This document shows, one piece after another, positions 48,830 to 59,980 of a stretch of 64,000 bases of DNA. Each line of letters opens with the position of its first letter. Position 1 is the stretch's first letter. The DNA is taken from NCBI GenBank assembly GCA_048213135.1, contig PS015010.1, forward strand, positions 620,001-684,000, read 5' to 3'. The notes beneath the pieces are model-generated. The model did not search any database and had not been told where the DNA came from. It saw only the letters and a list, made by a program, of their open reading frames with translations. Position numbers and translations under genes: made by a program. Source of the DNA: Reclinomonas americana ATCC 50394 (lineage: Eukaryota).

Positions 48830-50428
48830 ATGAAATATACCAACGAGATCAACAAACGCAAGACCTTCGCCATTATCTCTCACCCGGATGCGGGTAAGAC
48901 CACCCTCACTGAGAAATTCCTGCTTTTTGGCGGGGCTATTCAGACGGCGGGAGCCGTAAAGAGCAATAAGATCAAAAAGCACGCGACCTCCGACTTCATG
49001 GAGATCGAAAGGCAGCGTGGTATCAGTGTGGCTACTTCGGTAATGACATTTGAATATGAAGGGCACCTGATCAACCTCCTCGACACCCCTGGTCACAAGG
49101 ACTTCGCGGAAGATACCTACCGTACACTCACGGCAGTGGACAGCGTTATCCTGGTGATCGACAGCGTGAATGGTGTGGAAGCGCAGACCCGCAGGCTGAT
49201 GGAAGTCATATCCATGCGTAAAACACCTGTGATCGTTTTCATCAATAAAATGGACCGCGATGGCAAGAACCGCTTCGACTTGCTGGAAGAGATCGAAAAT
49301 GAACTGAAGATCAACCTGCACCCCAGTACCTGGCCCATCAACAGTGGTAAAGACTTTAAAGGTGTATATGATCTTTACCAGAAAAGCCTGGTATTGTTTA
49401 CTGCCGGTACCAAGGCCAATGATGAAGATGTGGTGGAAATTAAAGATCTGTCTGATGATATTCTTGATAAAAAAATAGGCGATAAAGACGCTGCCACCCT
49501 GCGGGAAGATGTGGAACTGATTGAAGGTGTATACGGCGATCTTAACGCGGAAGATTACCTGTCGGGCCAGACGGCACCGGTATTTTTTGGCAGTGCCGTC
49601 AATAACTTTGGTGTAAAGGAAATGCTGGATACGTTCATCCGCATTGCGCCCACGCCAAGGCCCCGCCATACCACATCGCGTGATGTACGCCCGGATGAGG
49701 ATAAGTTCAGCGGTTTTGTTTTTAAGATACATGCCAACCTCGATCCCAAGCACCGCGACCGTATCGCTTTTCTTCGTGTGTGCAGCGGCCGTTTTGAGCG
49801 GAATAAATATTATAACCATGTACGGCTGGAAAGGGATTTTCGTTTCAGCAATCCCTACAGTTTCCTGGCCCGTCAGAAAGAAGTGATCGAAGACGCTTAT
49901 CCCGGTGATGTGGTGGGCTTGTTCGATACGGGCAACTTTAAGATAGGGGATACCCTTACGGAAGGGGAGTCTTTTTATTTTACAGGCATCCCCAGTTTCT
50001 CGCCCGAGATATTCAAGGAAGTGGTGAATAAGGACCCGATGAAGACCAAGCAACTGGAAAAAGGGCTGATACAGCTAACAGACGAAGGTGTGGCGCAATT
50101 GTTTACCCAGTTTGGCGGTAATAAAAAGATCATCGGCTGTGTGGGTGAGCTCCAGTTTGAGGTGATACAATACCGTTTATTGCAGGAGTATGGTGCGTCG
50201 GTGCAAATGAATAACCTGCCATTTTATAAAGCGTGCTGGATCACAAGCGATGAGCCTAAAAAGCTGCAGGACTTTATCCGTTTCAAACAGGCGAATATTG
50301 CTGAAGATAAAGACGGGCAGCTGGTTTACCTGGCGCAGAGCGAATGGTTCCTGAATACCGAAATACAAAATAACCCGGATATCAAATTCCACTTTACGAG
50401 TGAGATACATAAACAGGAAACGGCTTAA
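48830..50428 (+). CDS. prfC: Peptide chain release factor 3
   Basis: [38 protein letters not shown] promoter element at 48771. Confidence 0.96.
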   Translation: MKYTNEINKRKTFAIISHPDAGKTTLTEKFLLFGGAIQTAGAVKSNKIKKHATSDFMEIERQRGISVATSVMTFEYEGHLINLLDTPGHKDFAEDTYRTLTAVDSVILVIDSVNGVEAQTRRLMEVISMRKTPVIVFINKMDRDGKNRFDLLEEIENELKINLHPSTWPINSGKDFKGVYDLYQKSLVLFTAGTKANDEDVVEIKDLSDDILDKKIGDKDAATLREDVELIEGVYGDLNAEDYLSGQTAPVFFGSAVNNFGVKEMLDTFIRIAPTPRPRHTTSRDVRPDEDKFSGFVFKIHANLDPKHRDRIAFLRVCSGRFERNKYYNHVRLERDFRFSNPYSFLARQKEVIEDAYPGDVVGLFDTGNFKIGDTLTEGESFYFTGIPSFSPEIFKEVVNKDPMKTKQLEKGLIQLTDEGVAQLFTQFGGNKKIIGCVGELQFEVIQYRLLQEYGASVQMNNLPFYKACWITSDEPKKLQDFIRFKQANIAEDKDGQLVYLAQSEWFLNTEIQNNPDIKFHFTSEIHKQETA

Positions 50429-50439
50429 GGGGTAACCTG

Positions 50440-51627
50440 TTACTCCCGCAACCGGAAAGCCACCATGCCATTGCTGTCTTTGGTACTGCTGATGTTCAGT
50501 TCATAACGTTTTTCTCCGTCGTAGATCACCATCAGCGCTGTATTGGGAGGAATGCTGCCCAGGTTTTCGGCATACATCACCAGTTCATTTCGGGTGTCGC
50601 CGGGTTTTATCTTAATAAAGAAGGTGATGGGTTTATCGGTCAGCCGCTGGTGCTGCGCCAGTATCTTATCATTATAGATCAGCGTAATGCTGTCTCCGTC
50701 TATTTCCCCATTATCATACAGGGTTACCGATATGGAATCATGATCAACCGTAATGATCCGCGACAGTTTATTATCCCTTTTCTCAATGGGCGCTTCCTTA
50801 ATCGTATCTTTTACTAACGGTACCGGGGCTACCACACTGTCCTTTTTTTCCGGTTTTTCAAAAGGCCTGTCCTGGCAAAGAGACAGTACTTCTTCTTTAT
50901 TCAGTGGCCTGTCGTATATGCGGATGTCATCCACATCACCATTCAGCCAGAAAGGAAATATGGCATCATCGGATTTACCTATGAACAGGTCTTCATTATT
51001 GATGAAGTATTCCGGAAAAGGAATACTGTATTTCAGCTCGCAGTCCACATACAAACTGGCGTTGGCACCATCATTAATATACACCACATGGTACCACTGG
51101 TTCTTATTGATATAGGGTGTGTAAGGTTGCAGGGCAGTGCCGGTACCCCTGAAATTATGGTGGATGCTGTCGGTAAGCCGGTCGCCGCTGCATCCCTGGC
51201 CTTCGGTGTACAACGATTCATCGTAACGGATGGCATAATTGCCGGGCAGGTAATTGCCGCCGCCTTTTGATAACACCACGCTGGCGTGGCAGATGTCATA
51301 ATAAAAACCGGTAGGTCTTACCCAAACGGACAGTGTGATGGTGCTGTTGAAATTAAGCGTTGGGTTGTTGGGTATCCTGATATAAGAAGACGAACCATTG
51401 AAATGATAGGCGCCATTGGGATTGCCGAAACGGTCTTTTGTCAGTTGCGCATTGTTGAAAACCGGGTGATTGTTGTTGCCGCTGGCATCGAAAGCGTTGC
51501 CCGAAATGGGGTACCAGGCTTTGAGGCTGGCGTCTTTTTTAACCTGGGCTGTCAGCGATTGCACCAGCAATGCCAGTACAATAATGGCGGCCAGATGACC
51601 TGTTTTGTTCCTGATACGCAGCTGCAT
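50440..51627 (-). CDS. Exported LamG-domain protein with a C-terminal domain of unknown function
   Basis: DRFGNPNGAYHFNG...DDIRIYDRPL LamG; YDNGEIDGD...AENLGSIPPNTA. Confidence 0.75.
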   Translation of the reverse strand: MQLRIRNKTGHLAAIIVLALLVQSLTAQVKKDASLKAWYPISGNAFDASGNNNHPVFNNAQLTKDRFGNPNGAYHFNGSSSYIRIPNNPTLNFNSTITLSVWVRPTGFYYDICHASVVLSKGGGNYLPGNYAIRYDESLYTEGQGCSGDRLTDSIHHNFRGTGTALQPYTPYINKNQWYHVVYINDGANASLYVDCELKYSIPFPEYFINNEDLFIGKSDDAIFPFWLNGDVDDIRIYDRPLNKEEVLSLCQDRPFEKPEKKDSVVAPVPLVKDTIKEAPIEKRDNKLSRIITVDHDSISVTLYDNGEIDGDSITLIYNDKILAQHQRLTDKPITFFIKIKPGDTRNELVMYAENLGSIPPNTALMVIYDGEKRYELNISSTKDSNGMVAFRLRE

Positions 51628-51629
51628 AT

Positions 51630-52964
51630 TTAAACTCCTGTATAATTATGAGGGGTAATGGCTTTCAGTTCTTTCTTAAGCGCCGCAGACACTTTCAGTT
51701 TGCCGATGAAAGCATGGATCGCTTTTTTATCAATGGCAGTCTTTCCCCTGGTCAGTTCCTTTAATGCTTCATAAGGTTGCGGGTAGTTTTCGCGGCGCAA
51801 TATGGTTTGGATGGCTTCGGCTACCACGGCCCAGTTATGATCCAGGTCTTCCCGCAGGGCGGCTTCATTCAATACCAGTTTGCCTAGCCCTTTTTCAGCC
51901 GATTTCAGCGCCAGGATGATGTGACTAACGGGAACGCCTATGTTACGCAATACCGTGGAATCGGTAAGGTCGCGTTGCAGGCGGGATACGGGCAGCTTAG
52001 CGGCCAGGTGCTCGAGCAGGGTGCTGGCGATGCCCAGGTTGCCTTCGGCATTTTCAAAATCGATGGGGTTCACTTTATGCGGCATGGCGCTGCTGCCTAC
52101 TTCTCCCTTTTTTGTTTTCTGTTTAAAATAATCCATGCTGATGTAGGTCCACACATCGCGGCAGAGATCAATAAAAATATTGTTGATCCTCTTCATGGCA
52201 TCGAAGTGGGCTGCAAGGTTATCGTAATGTTCTATCTGCGTGGTGTACTGCTGGCGTTGCAGTCCCAGCCTGTCTTCCACGAATTCATTACCCAGTTTTA
52301 CCCAGTTGTGTTTGGGATAGGCCACATGGTGGGCGTTGAAATTACCGGTGGCGCCGCCAAATTTGGCTGAAAAAGGAATGTAGCTGAACAGTTGTATCTG
52401 GCTTTCCAGTCTTTCTACAAAAACCATCAGTTCCTTACCCAGCCGGGTAGGAGAGGCGGGTTGCCCGTGTGTGCGGGCCAGCATGGGAATGTGCGCCCAT
52501 TGTGTTGCCAACTGGTAAAGATGATGCTGCAGGTTGATCACAGCCGGAAGGTATTCCTGTTCAATACTGTCTTTCCACAGCAACGGAACAGCGGTATTGT
52601 TGATGTCCTGGGAAGTCAACCCAAAGTGTACCCATTCTTTCAGGTGACCGGCATTGCAGCCATCAAGGGCTTCCTTGATAAAATACTCCACGGCCTTTAC
52701 GTCGTGGTTGGTCACAGATTCGGTCTGTTTGATCTTTTCCGCATCGGCCAGGGAAAAATTATCGGCCAGTTCACGCAATTGCTTTCGTGTAGCGGCATCG
52801 GCCTTAAAAAATTTCTTATCCGCCAGGAAAAGAAAATAATCCACTTCCACCCTGACCCTGTACTTGATCAGTGCATATTCAGAGAAAAATTCATCAAGAT
52901 GCTGTACCTGTTTACGGTAGCGGCCATCAACAGGGGAAATAGCGGTTAGCGGTTGCAGATCCAT
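51630..52964 (-). CDS. purB: Adenylosuccinate lyase
   Basis: SPVDGRY, NHDVKAVEY, GSSAMPHKVNPIDFEN. Confidence 0.96.
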   Translation of the reverse strand: MDLQPLTAISPVDGRYRKQVQHLDEFFSEYALIKYRVRVEVDYFLFLADKKFFKADAATRKQLRELADNFSLADAEKIKQTESVTNHDVKAVEYFIKEALDGCNAGHLKEWVHFGLTSQDINNTAVPLLWKDSIEQEYLPAVINLQHHLYQLATQWAHIPMLARTHGQPASPTRLGKELMVFVERLESQIQLFSYIPFSAKFGGATGNFNAHHVAYPKHNWVKLGNEFVEDRLGLQRQQYTTQIEHYDNLAAHFDAMKRINNIFIDLCRDVWTYISMDYFKQKTKKGEVGSSAMPHKVNPIDFENAEGNLGIASTLLEHLAAKLPVSRLQRDLTDSTVLRNIGVPVSHIILALKSAEKGLGKLVLNEAALREDLDHNWAVVAEAIQTILRRENYPQPYEALKELTRGKTAIDKKAIHAFIGKLKVSAALKKELKAITPHNYTGV

Positions 52965-53030
52965 GCGGAAGATAATTTTTTGCAAAATTACTTGATTCGG
53001 CGCAAAGAACCTGCCGCAGCAGGATACAGT

Positions 53031-56000
53031 TTACCTGATGAGGATCACATTACCCCTTTGTTCTTCGGTTCCGCACTCTGTTTCGGCTTTGATATAGTAG
53101 ACATAAGTCCCTTCCTCGGCCTTTTTGCCGCGGTAATTACCGTCCCAGCAGGCGCCCTGGCGGGTGGTATAGAACACCAGTTCTCCCCACCGGTTATAGA
53201 TCAGGAACTGGAGTTTCTTTATGTATTGCCAGTTCTTTATGCCGTAGCAGTCATTCAACCCATCGCCGTTGGGTGTAAAGGCGGAAGGGATGTAACGGGC
53301 CAGGCTGGCGGCTTTTTTATTCAGTACGGTAACACTGCCGGTATTGCTACAATTGGCGCTGTTGGTTACGGTTACGGTATAGGTCTGATCGTGATCGGGA
53401 TTGGCGACCGGGTTAGGTGAGTTCGGGTTACTCAATCCTGTAGCAGGTGTCCACAGGTAGGTATTGCCACCCTCTGCACTCAAAACAACGCTTCGGTGAG
53501 CGCAATCAATGTCGCCTGATTTCCTGGCATTGACCACGGGGCGATCAACTACTGTTACCACCACATTGAAGCTGGCATTCCTGGCGCACACCTTATCGGT
53601 TACCAGTACATCATAAACGGTGGTGAACGGGGGATTGGCTATCGGGTTAATAATGGAAGTGCTGCTCAGGTAAGTCCCGGGGCTCCAGGCATATTGCATA
53701 CCGGTACCATTGGCGCCATCAAGCATTACAGATGTTGTGCTGCACATGGTTTTACCCGGCGGCTGTACAAAAGGAACGGGCACATTCACGGTGATGGTAA
53801 CCACATCCTGTGCGCTGCAACCGTTGGCGGCTGTACCGGTAACGGTATAGGTTTGCCCTGAAGTGCCCGAGAATACCGGGTTAGGGCTGGTGGGGTCGCT
53901 TAAGCCCGTTGGAGGCGACCAGGTATAAGAGGCTGCGCCGGTGGTGAATAAAGTGACGGTCTGCGTACTGCAGATGGTTGTATCGGCAATAGTGCTTACC
54001 ACAGGTACCGGTTTTACGGTCACATTCACGATGTCTTCTCCTTTACAACCATTGATATCGGTACCAGTTACATGAAGGGTTTGTGAATTGGGATCGGTAT
54101 ATACCGGGTTGCTGATATTGGGATTACTTACCGAACCGGCAGGCGTCCATTCATAGCTGACCATGCCCGGCGTTGTGGTGAGTACGAGTGGTACGTTACG
54201 GCAGAACGAAGTGTCACCGAGCGTTTGTACAACGGGAAGGGGATTGATGGTAATGTCTACCGAGTCAATCGCGGAACAACCCAGTACGGCATTGGTAACG
54301 GTCAGATAAAAACGGGTAGATACGCTGATGGTCGCTGTGGGTTCCTGCAGGGCGGGATTGTTCAGTACAGCGGCAGGTGTCCAGGCATACGTCGTTCCTC
54401 CCGCATTGCCGTGAAGGGTAAATGTAACAGGACCATTGGAACAGAACGCTGTATCCTTTCCAGCATTGGCAATAGAAGCATTGGGGTTGATCTCTTTTAC
54501 CACGCTGTCTTTACAGCCATTGATATCGGTAGCTACCAGTTTTACCTGGAAGGATCCCGCAGTGGTATAATTATGTGATGTGTTTTGCGTATTAGCGGTA
54601 TTGCCATCGCCAAAATCCCAGTGCCATTGAACGATACCGGTGAAATTGGTGTAAGCCTGTCCCTGGAAATCGAAACTGGTACAGGTGGTGAGCGTTTCAT
54701 TGAAACGAACGGAATCGATGTTCTTTTTGAAAGGGATATTATCAACGGGAACGGAAAGTCCGAAGAAATTAGCGCCATCGCTGCCGGGTGTAGCGCCGTG
54801 CGGACTATTGCCACCCTGCAGCAACACGCCATTCTTTCCGCCTGTATTGATTACACTTATTCCTGCGGGTACAGCCGCCTGCTTGAACCAGGCCACACCG
54901 CCGGCGCCACCGCCGCCCGGACCAATGCGCCCGCCTGCAAGAGAGGCATGCATATCGCCACCCTTACCACCGGTAACGTTGATGGTGGTTGATGTAAGAT
55001 AATTATTGGCATACACGAGCACAGTGCCGCCTGAGCCGCCGCCGCCCATACCGTCGTGTGTTTCGCCGCCGGTGCCGGCCAGTTCATAGGCGGAATCGCC
55101 CAGCGCTTTAATGCTGTTGCCATTGCCTTCCAGGTAATCGGAGATCAGGATTACCATGCCTCCGCCATTGCCACCGTCAAAATTGGTATTGGAAGTGGGC
55201 GAGGAGAAACCGTTATTGCAATGTCCCGCGCCACCACCGGATCCGAGGAATATTTTATTCTGAACATTGTTATACACAAGCGGGTTTCCGCCGATGCCCC
55301 TGTTGTCAAAAATGGCGTTGATACATTCAAATAACTGGTAGCCACCAAAACCGCCCGGGGTAGCATTGCTGCCGCCACCGCCGCCGGAGTTGTGATCCAG
55401 GCCGCCACCGCCGGCAGCTGCCAGCGGACCTTTGCCCGAGGTAAGGCTGTTGCTGATGGTTGTAATGGATTCCCCTTTGGGAGCTGCCAATATACTTGGC
55501 GTAGGGTAAGCATAGCCATTTTGCTGGCAGTTGGTCGCGTTCAGGTTGGTATTCTGCACCCTGCCGCCGCTGAAACCTTTGCCGGTTACGTCGATATTGG
55601 CGTTGAGATGGATTGTATCGGAAGCATTGAGCACGAGTATACCGCCGGAAGAACCATCCCATGGCTTGCAGGTAAGTACCTCTGTGAAAGCAGGACTTTT
55701 GTAATAAGGCACCCTTACCAGCTGGACTTTACCATCGGGTATGTTATAACTGCGGGTGATCACGTTCTTCAATTCAATGTCGTTGCCTGTTTTCGCTTTT
55801 ACATAATTGATCTCATAATTGCCGGCGCTCCTGTAATCGGTTATGGAGCCGAAAGATGCAGTATTGGTGGTGTTGATCTCGGCGCCTTTCATCTGGATGA
55901 GCAGTACGGTATCTCCGGGATTATAACGGGTAGCGTCTGCCACGGTGAGTATGTTCCTGCAAATATCCAGGCCCAATACTGGTGTATAATCATTGATGAT

Positions 56001-59000
56001 AACACTGGCCGGACAAACCACGGTAACGGATTTGGTGATACTGTCTTTACAGCCATTGATGTCGGTGCTGACCAGTTTTACCTGGTAGGTTCCCGGTGAA
56101 GCATAGGTATGGTTAGCATTCTGCGTACTGGCGGTATTGCCATCGCCAAAATCCCAGTTCCATTGTGTAACCGGGTTGGTATTGGTATAAGCAAGCCCCG
56201 AAAAACTGTACCGGTTGCAGGCTACAAAACTGTGGTTAAACCGTACGGAGTCGATATTCTTTTTAAAAGGAGTATTGTCTATAGGAATTGTAAGATTAAA
56301 AAGATTATTCCCATTGCTTCCGGGAGTTGCCCCGAAAGCATCGCTTCCAAAAAAATAATTAATACCATTAGGCCCGCCCTGGGTGTTACTGGTAATAGTT
56401 GCCGGAAGAGCAGGATTGCTTACCCAGAGTACACCGCCACTGCCACCACCGCCGGGACCGTGTTTAAAATTGGGCGGTGCGCTGGTGGCATAGAAAGACA
56501 CATCGGCCCCTTTTCCTCCCCTGAGATCAACCGCCAGGTTATTGATATAGCTGGCAGCATTGATAAGTACACAGCCTGCAGCACCTCCGCCTCCCATACC
56601 TTCATTACAGTTATTATTAGCGGTATTGGCTACGCAGCCGGCAGCGGTAAGGCCGTTTGCCATAACACTGAAACCATTATTTTGAAGGGTGTTGCATATG
56701 ATGATGGCAATACCCCCACCATTACCTCCATTGGGGTCAAAAAGCCCGGGATTATTATTCGCGTGGCCAGCACCTCCTCCGCCACCCAGAAATATCTTGT
56801 TCTGGGCATTGGAATAAGTAAGACCATTACCAGCAATACCACTGTTATCAAATATACCGTTTGTGCAGGGCATGAACTGGTAGCCTCCGTTTCCGCCGTT
56901 TCCGTAGCCGGCACCGCCACCTCCGCCGCTGTTATGGTCATTGCCGCCACCTCCGCCATTAGCAAGAGCGCCGCGTCCTTTGACCAAGGTACTGGGAACT
57001 GTGGTAATACCTTCGCCTTTTGGCGCACCCAAAGGGCTGTTGGAGGGGTAAGCAAATCCTGTCTGGGAGCAGTTCTGACCATTGGTCAGATTATTACCAT
57101 TCAGTCCACCTGCAAATCCTTTTCCTGAAACATCTATATCAGCATTCAGTGTAACCTTGTTTTGTACATTCAGCACCAATACGCCGCCTTTATTTCCATC
57201 CCAGGGTGCACAGGTGAGTGCTGATGTTACGTTGTAGTCCTGGAAATAGGGAACCCGTATCAGTTGTACTTTGCCGTCGGGAATATTATAACTGCGTTGC
57301 AGGATATTTTTTAATTCAACTGTATTGCCATTCTTTGATTTTACATAATTGATTTCGTAATTCCCCGCACTCCTGTAGTCTGTAATGGATCCGAAGGAAG
57401 ATGAGTTGGCGGTATTAATAACGGCTCCTTTCATTTGTATGATCATAACAGTATCGCCGGGGTTGTAGCGGGTGGCATCTTCCACCGTTAGTATGTTGGT
57501 ACAGGGATCCAGGGCAATCACCGGGGTATAGTCATTAATGACCTGGAAAACAGGAGGGATAGTTGCAGCGCATGAGTCGGGTACAAAGCTGCAGTTCGGA
57601 ACCGTACGTTGAATAGAGGCAGAACCCTGCAGCACGCCATTGTACAAAGGGTTCCCCTGTTTATTGATCAGGTTGTCGAAGGTATAATAACCTTTCAATC
57701 CCGGCTGGGACGCAGGATTTACAAGAGAAGTATTCATGTTGGCCCTGATCTCCGCCTGTGTGCGGGCTATATTCCATATACGTACTTCATTGATGTATCC
57801 CAGCGATTGTGTAAGCGGATCAAGCGAAGGCCCGTTACCTATCATGGCGTTCAGGTCATTAGTGTTAAGGGTTCCCGAAGCAGGCACTGAATTCAGCAGG
57901 AACCCATTCCTGTAAAATTTCAATGTGGCACCGTCATACACCATCGCTATGTGGTATATCTTATCATTTATGGCAGGGCATGGGGCAGTGACCACAACAT
58001 AACCGTTATTGGACGTTCTGATCTCCGCCGCCACAGCCATGAGAGAATAGTTAACATCGGCAGGGCCTGTGTGTTTGGATATGATCTTGCCAAAAGCCGG
58101 GGTCAGCGCGAATTCGGATGAGCGGAACAATAGAGCTTCCACCGTCAGCTGGTTGCCCGAAACATCAAGATCGCCTATATTAACCACAGCACCGCTGGCA
58201 TCGTTCCGGAGCCAGTTGTTACAGCTTACGGTAGTGACGGACACCTGTTTACAGGAGTCAGGTATAAAACTGCAATTGCTGTTGCTGGCATTCACAACTG
58301 CGGCCCCGCTCAGGGTCCCGTTCCAAGTGGCATTGCCTTGTTTGTTGTTCAGGTTGTCAAATACATAATAGGCCTGTAATCCCGGCTGGGTAGCGGGATT
58401 GGGGAGAGAGCCATTCATATTCGCCTTTATCTCGGCCTGTGTGCGGGCTACATTCCATATGCGTACTTCATTAACATAGCCGAGGAAATTCTCAATGATC
58501 GCCCCGGTATACATCCCTATCCTGGTCGGGAAATTATTTTGAAAAAGATTGCCCGTTGCCGCTACCTGTCCCATCAGGAAACCATTGCGGTAAAACTTCA
58601 GGGTACTGCCATTGTACACCATGGCCACGTGATAGTTCTTATTCAATTCTATATCACAAACATCAGGTGTGCCAAAAAAACCATTGCTGGTTGTTATATA
58701 GGCGTGATTGGGACGTAACAGGTAATTGACGTTGCTTGGGTCCTGGTGTTTTGAAACGATGTCCCCGTCATTAAAATCACCGGTGCCGGGCAGGTAGGGG
58801 TGTGACCTGTTAATAACGGCTTCAATGGTAAGCTGGGTGCCGCTGATATCCAGATCACCCACACTTACGTAACTTGACTGAGCAGGAGTTGAAAGCCAGC
58901 TATTGCACATCAATTGATTACCCGGTGTAGCCTGGCTGAACAGGAATGCAGTGGGCAAACAATACATTAGCATACACAAAACCTGCCCACGAAGGAATTG

Positions 59001-59051
59001 ACACAGAAACCGGCAATCGGGCATATAGCGCCACGCAAACATTTTTTTCAT
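53031..59051 (-). CDS. 2006-aa surface adhesin-like protein: 2x LamG, 2x Gly-rich plus PKD modules, T9SS type B (CHU_C) CTD
   Basis: WNWDFGDG PKD motifs; PSAFTPNGDGLND...YNRWG...WDG CTD; internal duplications. Confidence 0.85.
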   Translation of the reverse strand: MKKMFAWRYMPDCRFLCQFLRGQVLCMLMYCLPTAFLFSQATPGNQLMCNSWLSTPAQSSYVSVGDLDISGTQLTIEAVINRSHPYLPGTGDFNDGDIVSKHQDPSNVNYLLRPNHAYITTSNGFFGTPDVCDIELNKNYHVAMVYNGSTLKFYRNGFLMGQVAATGNLFQNNFPTRIGMYTGAIIENFLGYVNEVRIWNVARTQAEIKANMNGSLPNPATQPGLQAYYVFDNLNNKQGNATWNGTLSGAAVVNASNSNCSFIPDSCKQVSVTTVSCNNWLRNDASGAVVNIGDLDVSGNQLTVEALLFRSSEFALTPAFGKIISKHTGPADVNYSLMAVAAEIRTSNNGYVVVTAPCPAINDKIYHIAMVYDGATLKFYRNGFLLNSVPASGTLNTNDLNAMIGNGPSLDPLTQSLGYINEVRIWNIARTQAEIRANMNTSLVNPASQPGLKGYYTFDNLINKQGNPLYNGVLQGSASIQRTVPNCSFVPDSCAATIPPVFQVINDYTPVIALDPCTNILTVEDATRYNPGDTVMIIQMKGAVINTANSSSFGSITDYRSAGNYEINYVKSKNGNTVELKNILQRSYNIPDGKVQLIRVPYFQDYNVTSALTCAPWDGNKGGVLVLNVQNKVTLNADIDVSGKGFAGGLNGNNLTNGQNCSQTGFAYPSNSPLGAPKGEGITTVPSTLVKGRGALANGGGGGNDHNSGGGGGAGYGNGGNGGYQFMPCTNGIFDNSGIAGNGLTYSNAQNKIFLGGGGGAGHANNNPGLFDPNGGNGGGIAIIICNTLQNNGFSVMANGLTAAGCVANTANNNCNEGMGGGGAAGCVLINAASYINNLAVDLRGGKGADVSFYATSAPPNFKHGPGGGGSGGVLWVSNPALPATITSNTQGGPNGINYFFGSDAFGATPGSNGNNLFNLTIPIDNTPFKKNIDSVRFNHSFVACNRYSFSGLAYTNTNPVTQWNWDFGDGNTASTQNANHTYASPGTYQVKLVSTDINGCKDSITKSVTVVCPASVIINDYTPVLGLDICRNILTVADATRYNPGDTVLLIQMKGAEINTTNTASFGSITDYRSAGNYEINYVKAKTGNDIELKNVITRSYNIPDGKVQLVRVPYYKSPAFTEVLTCKPWDGSSGGILVLNASDTIHLNANIDVTGKGFSGGRVQNTNLNATNCQQNGYAYPTPSILAAPKGESITTISNSLTSGKGPLAAAGGGGLDHNSGGGGGSNATPGGFGGYQLFECINAIFDNRGIGGNPLVYNNVQNKIFLGSGGGAGHCNNGFSSPTSNTNFDGGNGGGMVILISDYLEGNGNSIKALGDSAYELAGTGGETHDGMGGGGSGGTVLVYANNYLTSTTINVTGGKGGDMHASLAGGRIGPGGGGAGGVAWFKQAAVPAGISVINTGGKNGVLLQGGNSPHGATPGSDGANFFGLSVPVDNIPFKKNIDSVRFNETLTTCTSFDFQGQAYTNFTGIVQWHWDFGDGNTANTQNTSHNYTTAGSFQVKLVATDINGCKDSVVKEINPNASIANAGKDTAFCSNGPVTFTLHGNAGGTTYAWTPAAVLNNPALQEPTATISVSTRFYLTVTNAVLGCSAIDSVDITINPLPVVQTLGDTSFCRNVPLVLTTTPGMVSYEWTPAGSVSNPNISNPVYTDPNSQTLHVTGTDINGCKGEDIVNVTVKPVPVVSTIADTTICSTQTVTLFTTGAASYTWSPPTGLSDPTSPNPVFSGTSGQTYTVTGTAANGCSAQDVVTITVNVPVPFVQPPGKTMCSTTSVMLDGANGTGMQYAWSPGTYLSSTSIINPIANPPFTTVYDVLVTDKVCARNASFNVVVTVVDRPVVNARKSGDIDCAHRSVVLSAEGGNTYLWTPATGLSNPNSPNPVANPDHDQTYTVTVTNSANCSNTGSVTVLNKKAASLARYIPSAFTPNGDGLNDCYGIKNWQYIKKLQFLIYNRWGELVFYTTRQGACWDGNYRGKKAEEGTYVYYIKAETECGTEEQRGNVILIR

Positions 59052-59233
59052 AGCTTGAACAGGTAGTATTAAGGGATTATCAAAAATAGGGATATAACTA
59101 GAAAGTATGAGAGAAAGAGCAATAACTGTGATTGTATTGGGATAACTGTAATGAATAGCACATAACTGCTACCTGTTGAGCCGAACTCTATATCACCCGT
59201 AAGCAGTACATTTGCACCCAAATAGTATATAAT

Positions 59234-59980
59234 TTGGACAGGAAAATAAAGGTCGGCGCAGTAAGTTACCTGAATACAAAGCCGCTGGTATACGGATTTG
59301 AACAGGGGATGATGAAAGAAGAGATTGAACTGAGTTTTGAATACCCCTCCCGATTGGCGGAAAAGCTGGTGAATAATGAGATCGATATAGGCCTGGTACC
59401 TGTTGCGGTAATACCCTCCCTGCCAGAGTATCACATTATATCCGACTATGGTATTGCCTGCGACGGGGAAGTAGCCAGCGTTTGCCTGTTCAGCGATGTC
59501 CCTTTGCACGAAGTAAAAACGGTCTTGCTGGATTACCAGAGCAGGACTTCGGTAGCGCTTCTGAAAGTATTACTGAAAGAATACTGGCAATTGTCTCCTC
59601 AACTCGTTTCCGCTGAACCCGGTTTTGAGGAAAATATAAAGGGATCAACAGCAGGCCTGATCATCGGCGACAGGGCCTTTCGGCAAAGATTGAAGTCGAA
59701 CTATATTTATGACCTGGGATCGGCATGGAAGGTACACACCGGTTTGCCTTTCGTTTTTGCGGCCTGGGTAAGCAACAAGCAACTGCCCGCAGCGCTGAAA
59801 GAATCGCTTTCCGCAGCAAATGCATTCGGTATAGAAAAGATAGCGGAAATCGTAAAAAAAGAGAACTACCGGGAATATGATCTTTATAAGTATTATACAG
59901 AGAATATTAAATTTAAACTGAATAAACAAGAGCTTTCCGTAATCGATGTATTTTTGAATAAACTAAAAACGCTAGTATGA
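59234..59980 (+). CDS. mqnA: Chorismate dehydratase (futalosine pathway)
   Basis: GAVSYLNTKPL, SRTSV, IIGDRA, DLGSAW...TGLPFVFAAW; TACATTTG promoter element at 59207. Confidence 0.9.
   Translation: MDRKIKVGAVSYLNTKPLVYGFEQGMMKEEIELSFEYPSRLAEKLVNNEIDIGLVPVAVIPSLPEYHIISDYGIACDGEVASVCLFSDVPLHEVKTVLLDYQSRTSVALLKVLLKEYWQLSPQLVSAEPGFEENIKGSTAGLIIGDRAFRQRLKSNYIYDLGSAWKVHTGLPFVFAAWVSNKQLPAALKESLSAANAFGIEKIAEIVKKENYREYDLYKYYTENIKFKLNKQELSVIDVFLNKLKTLV

Noticed and set aside
48770-50053. 427-aa antisense ORF over prfC
   Set aside because: Shadow ORF of a conserved gene
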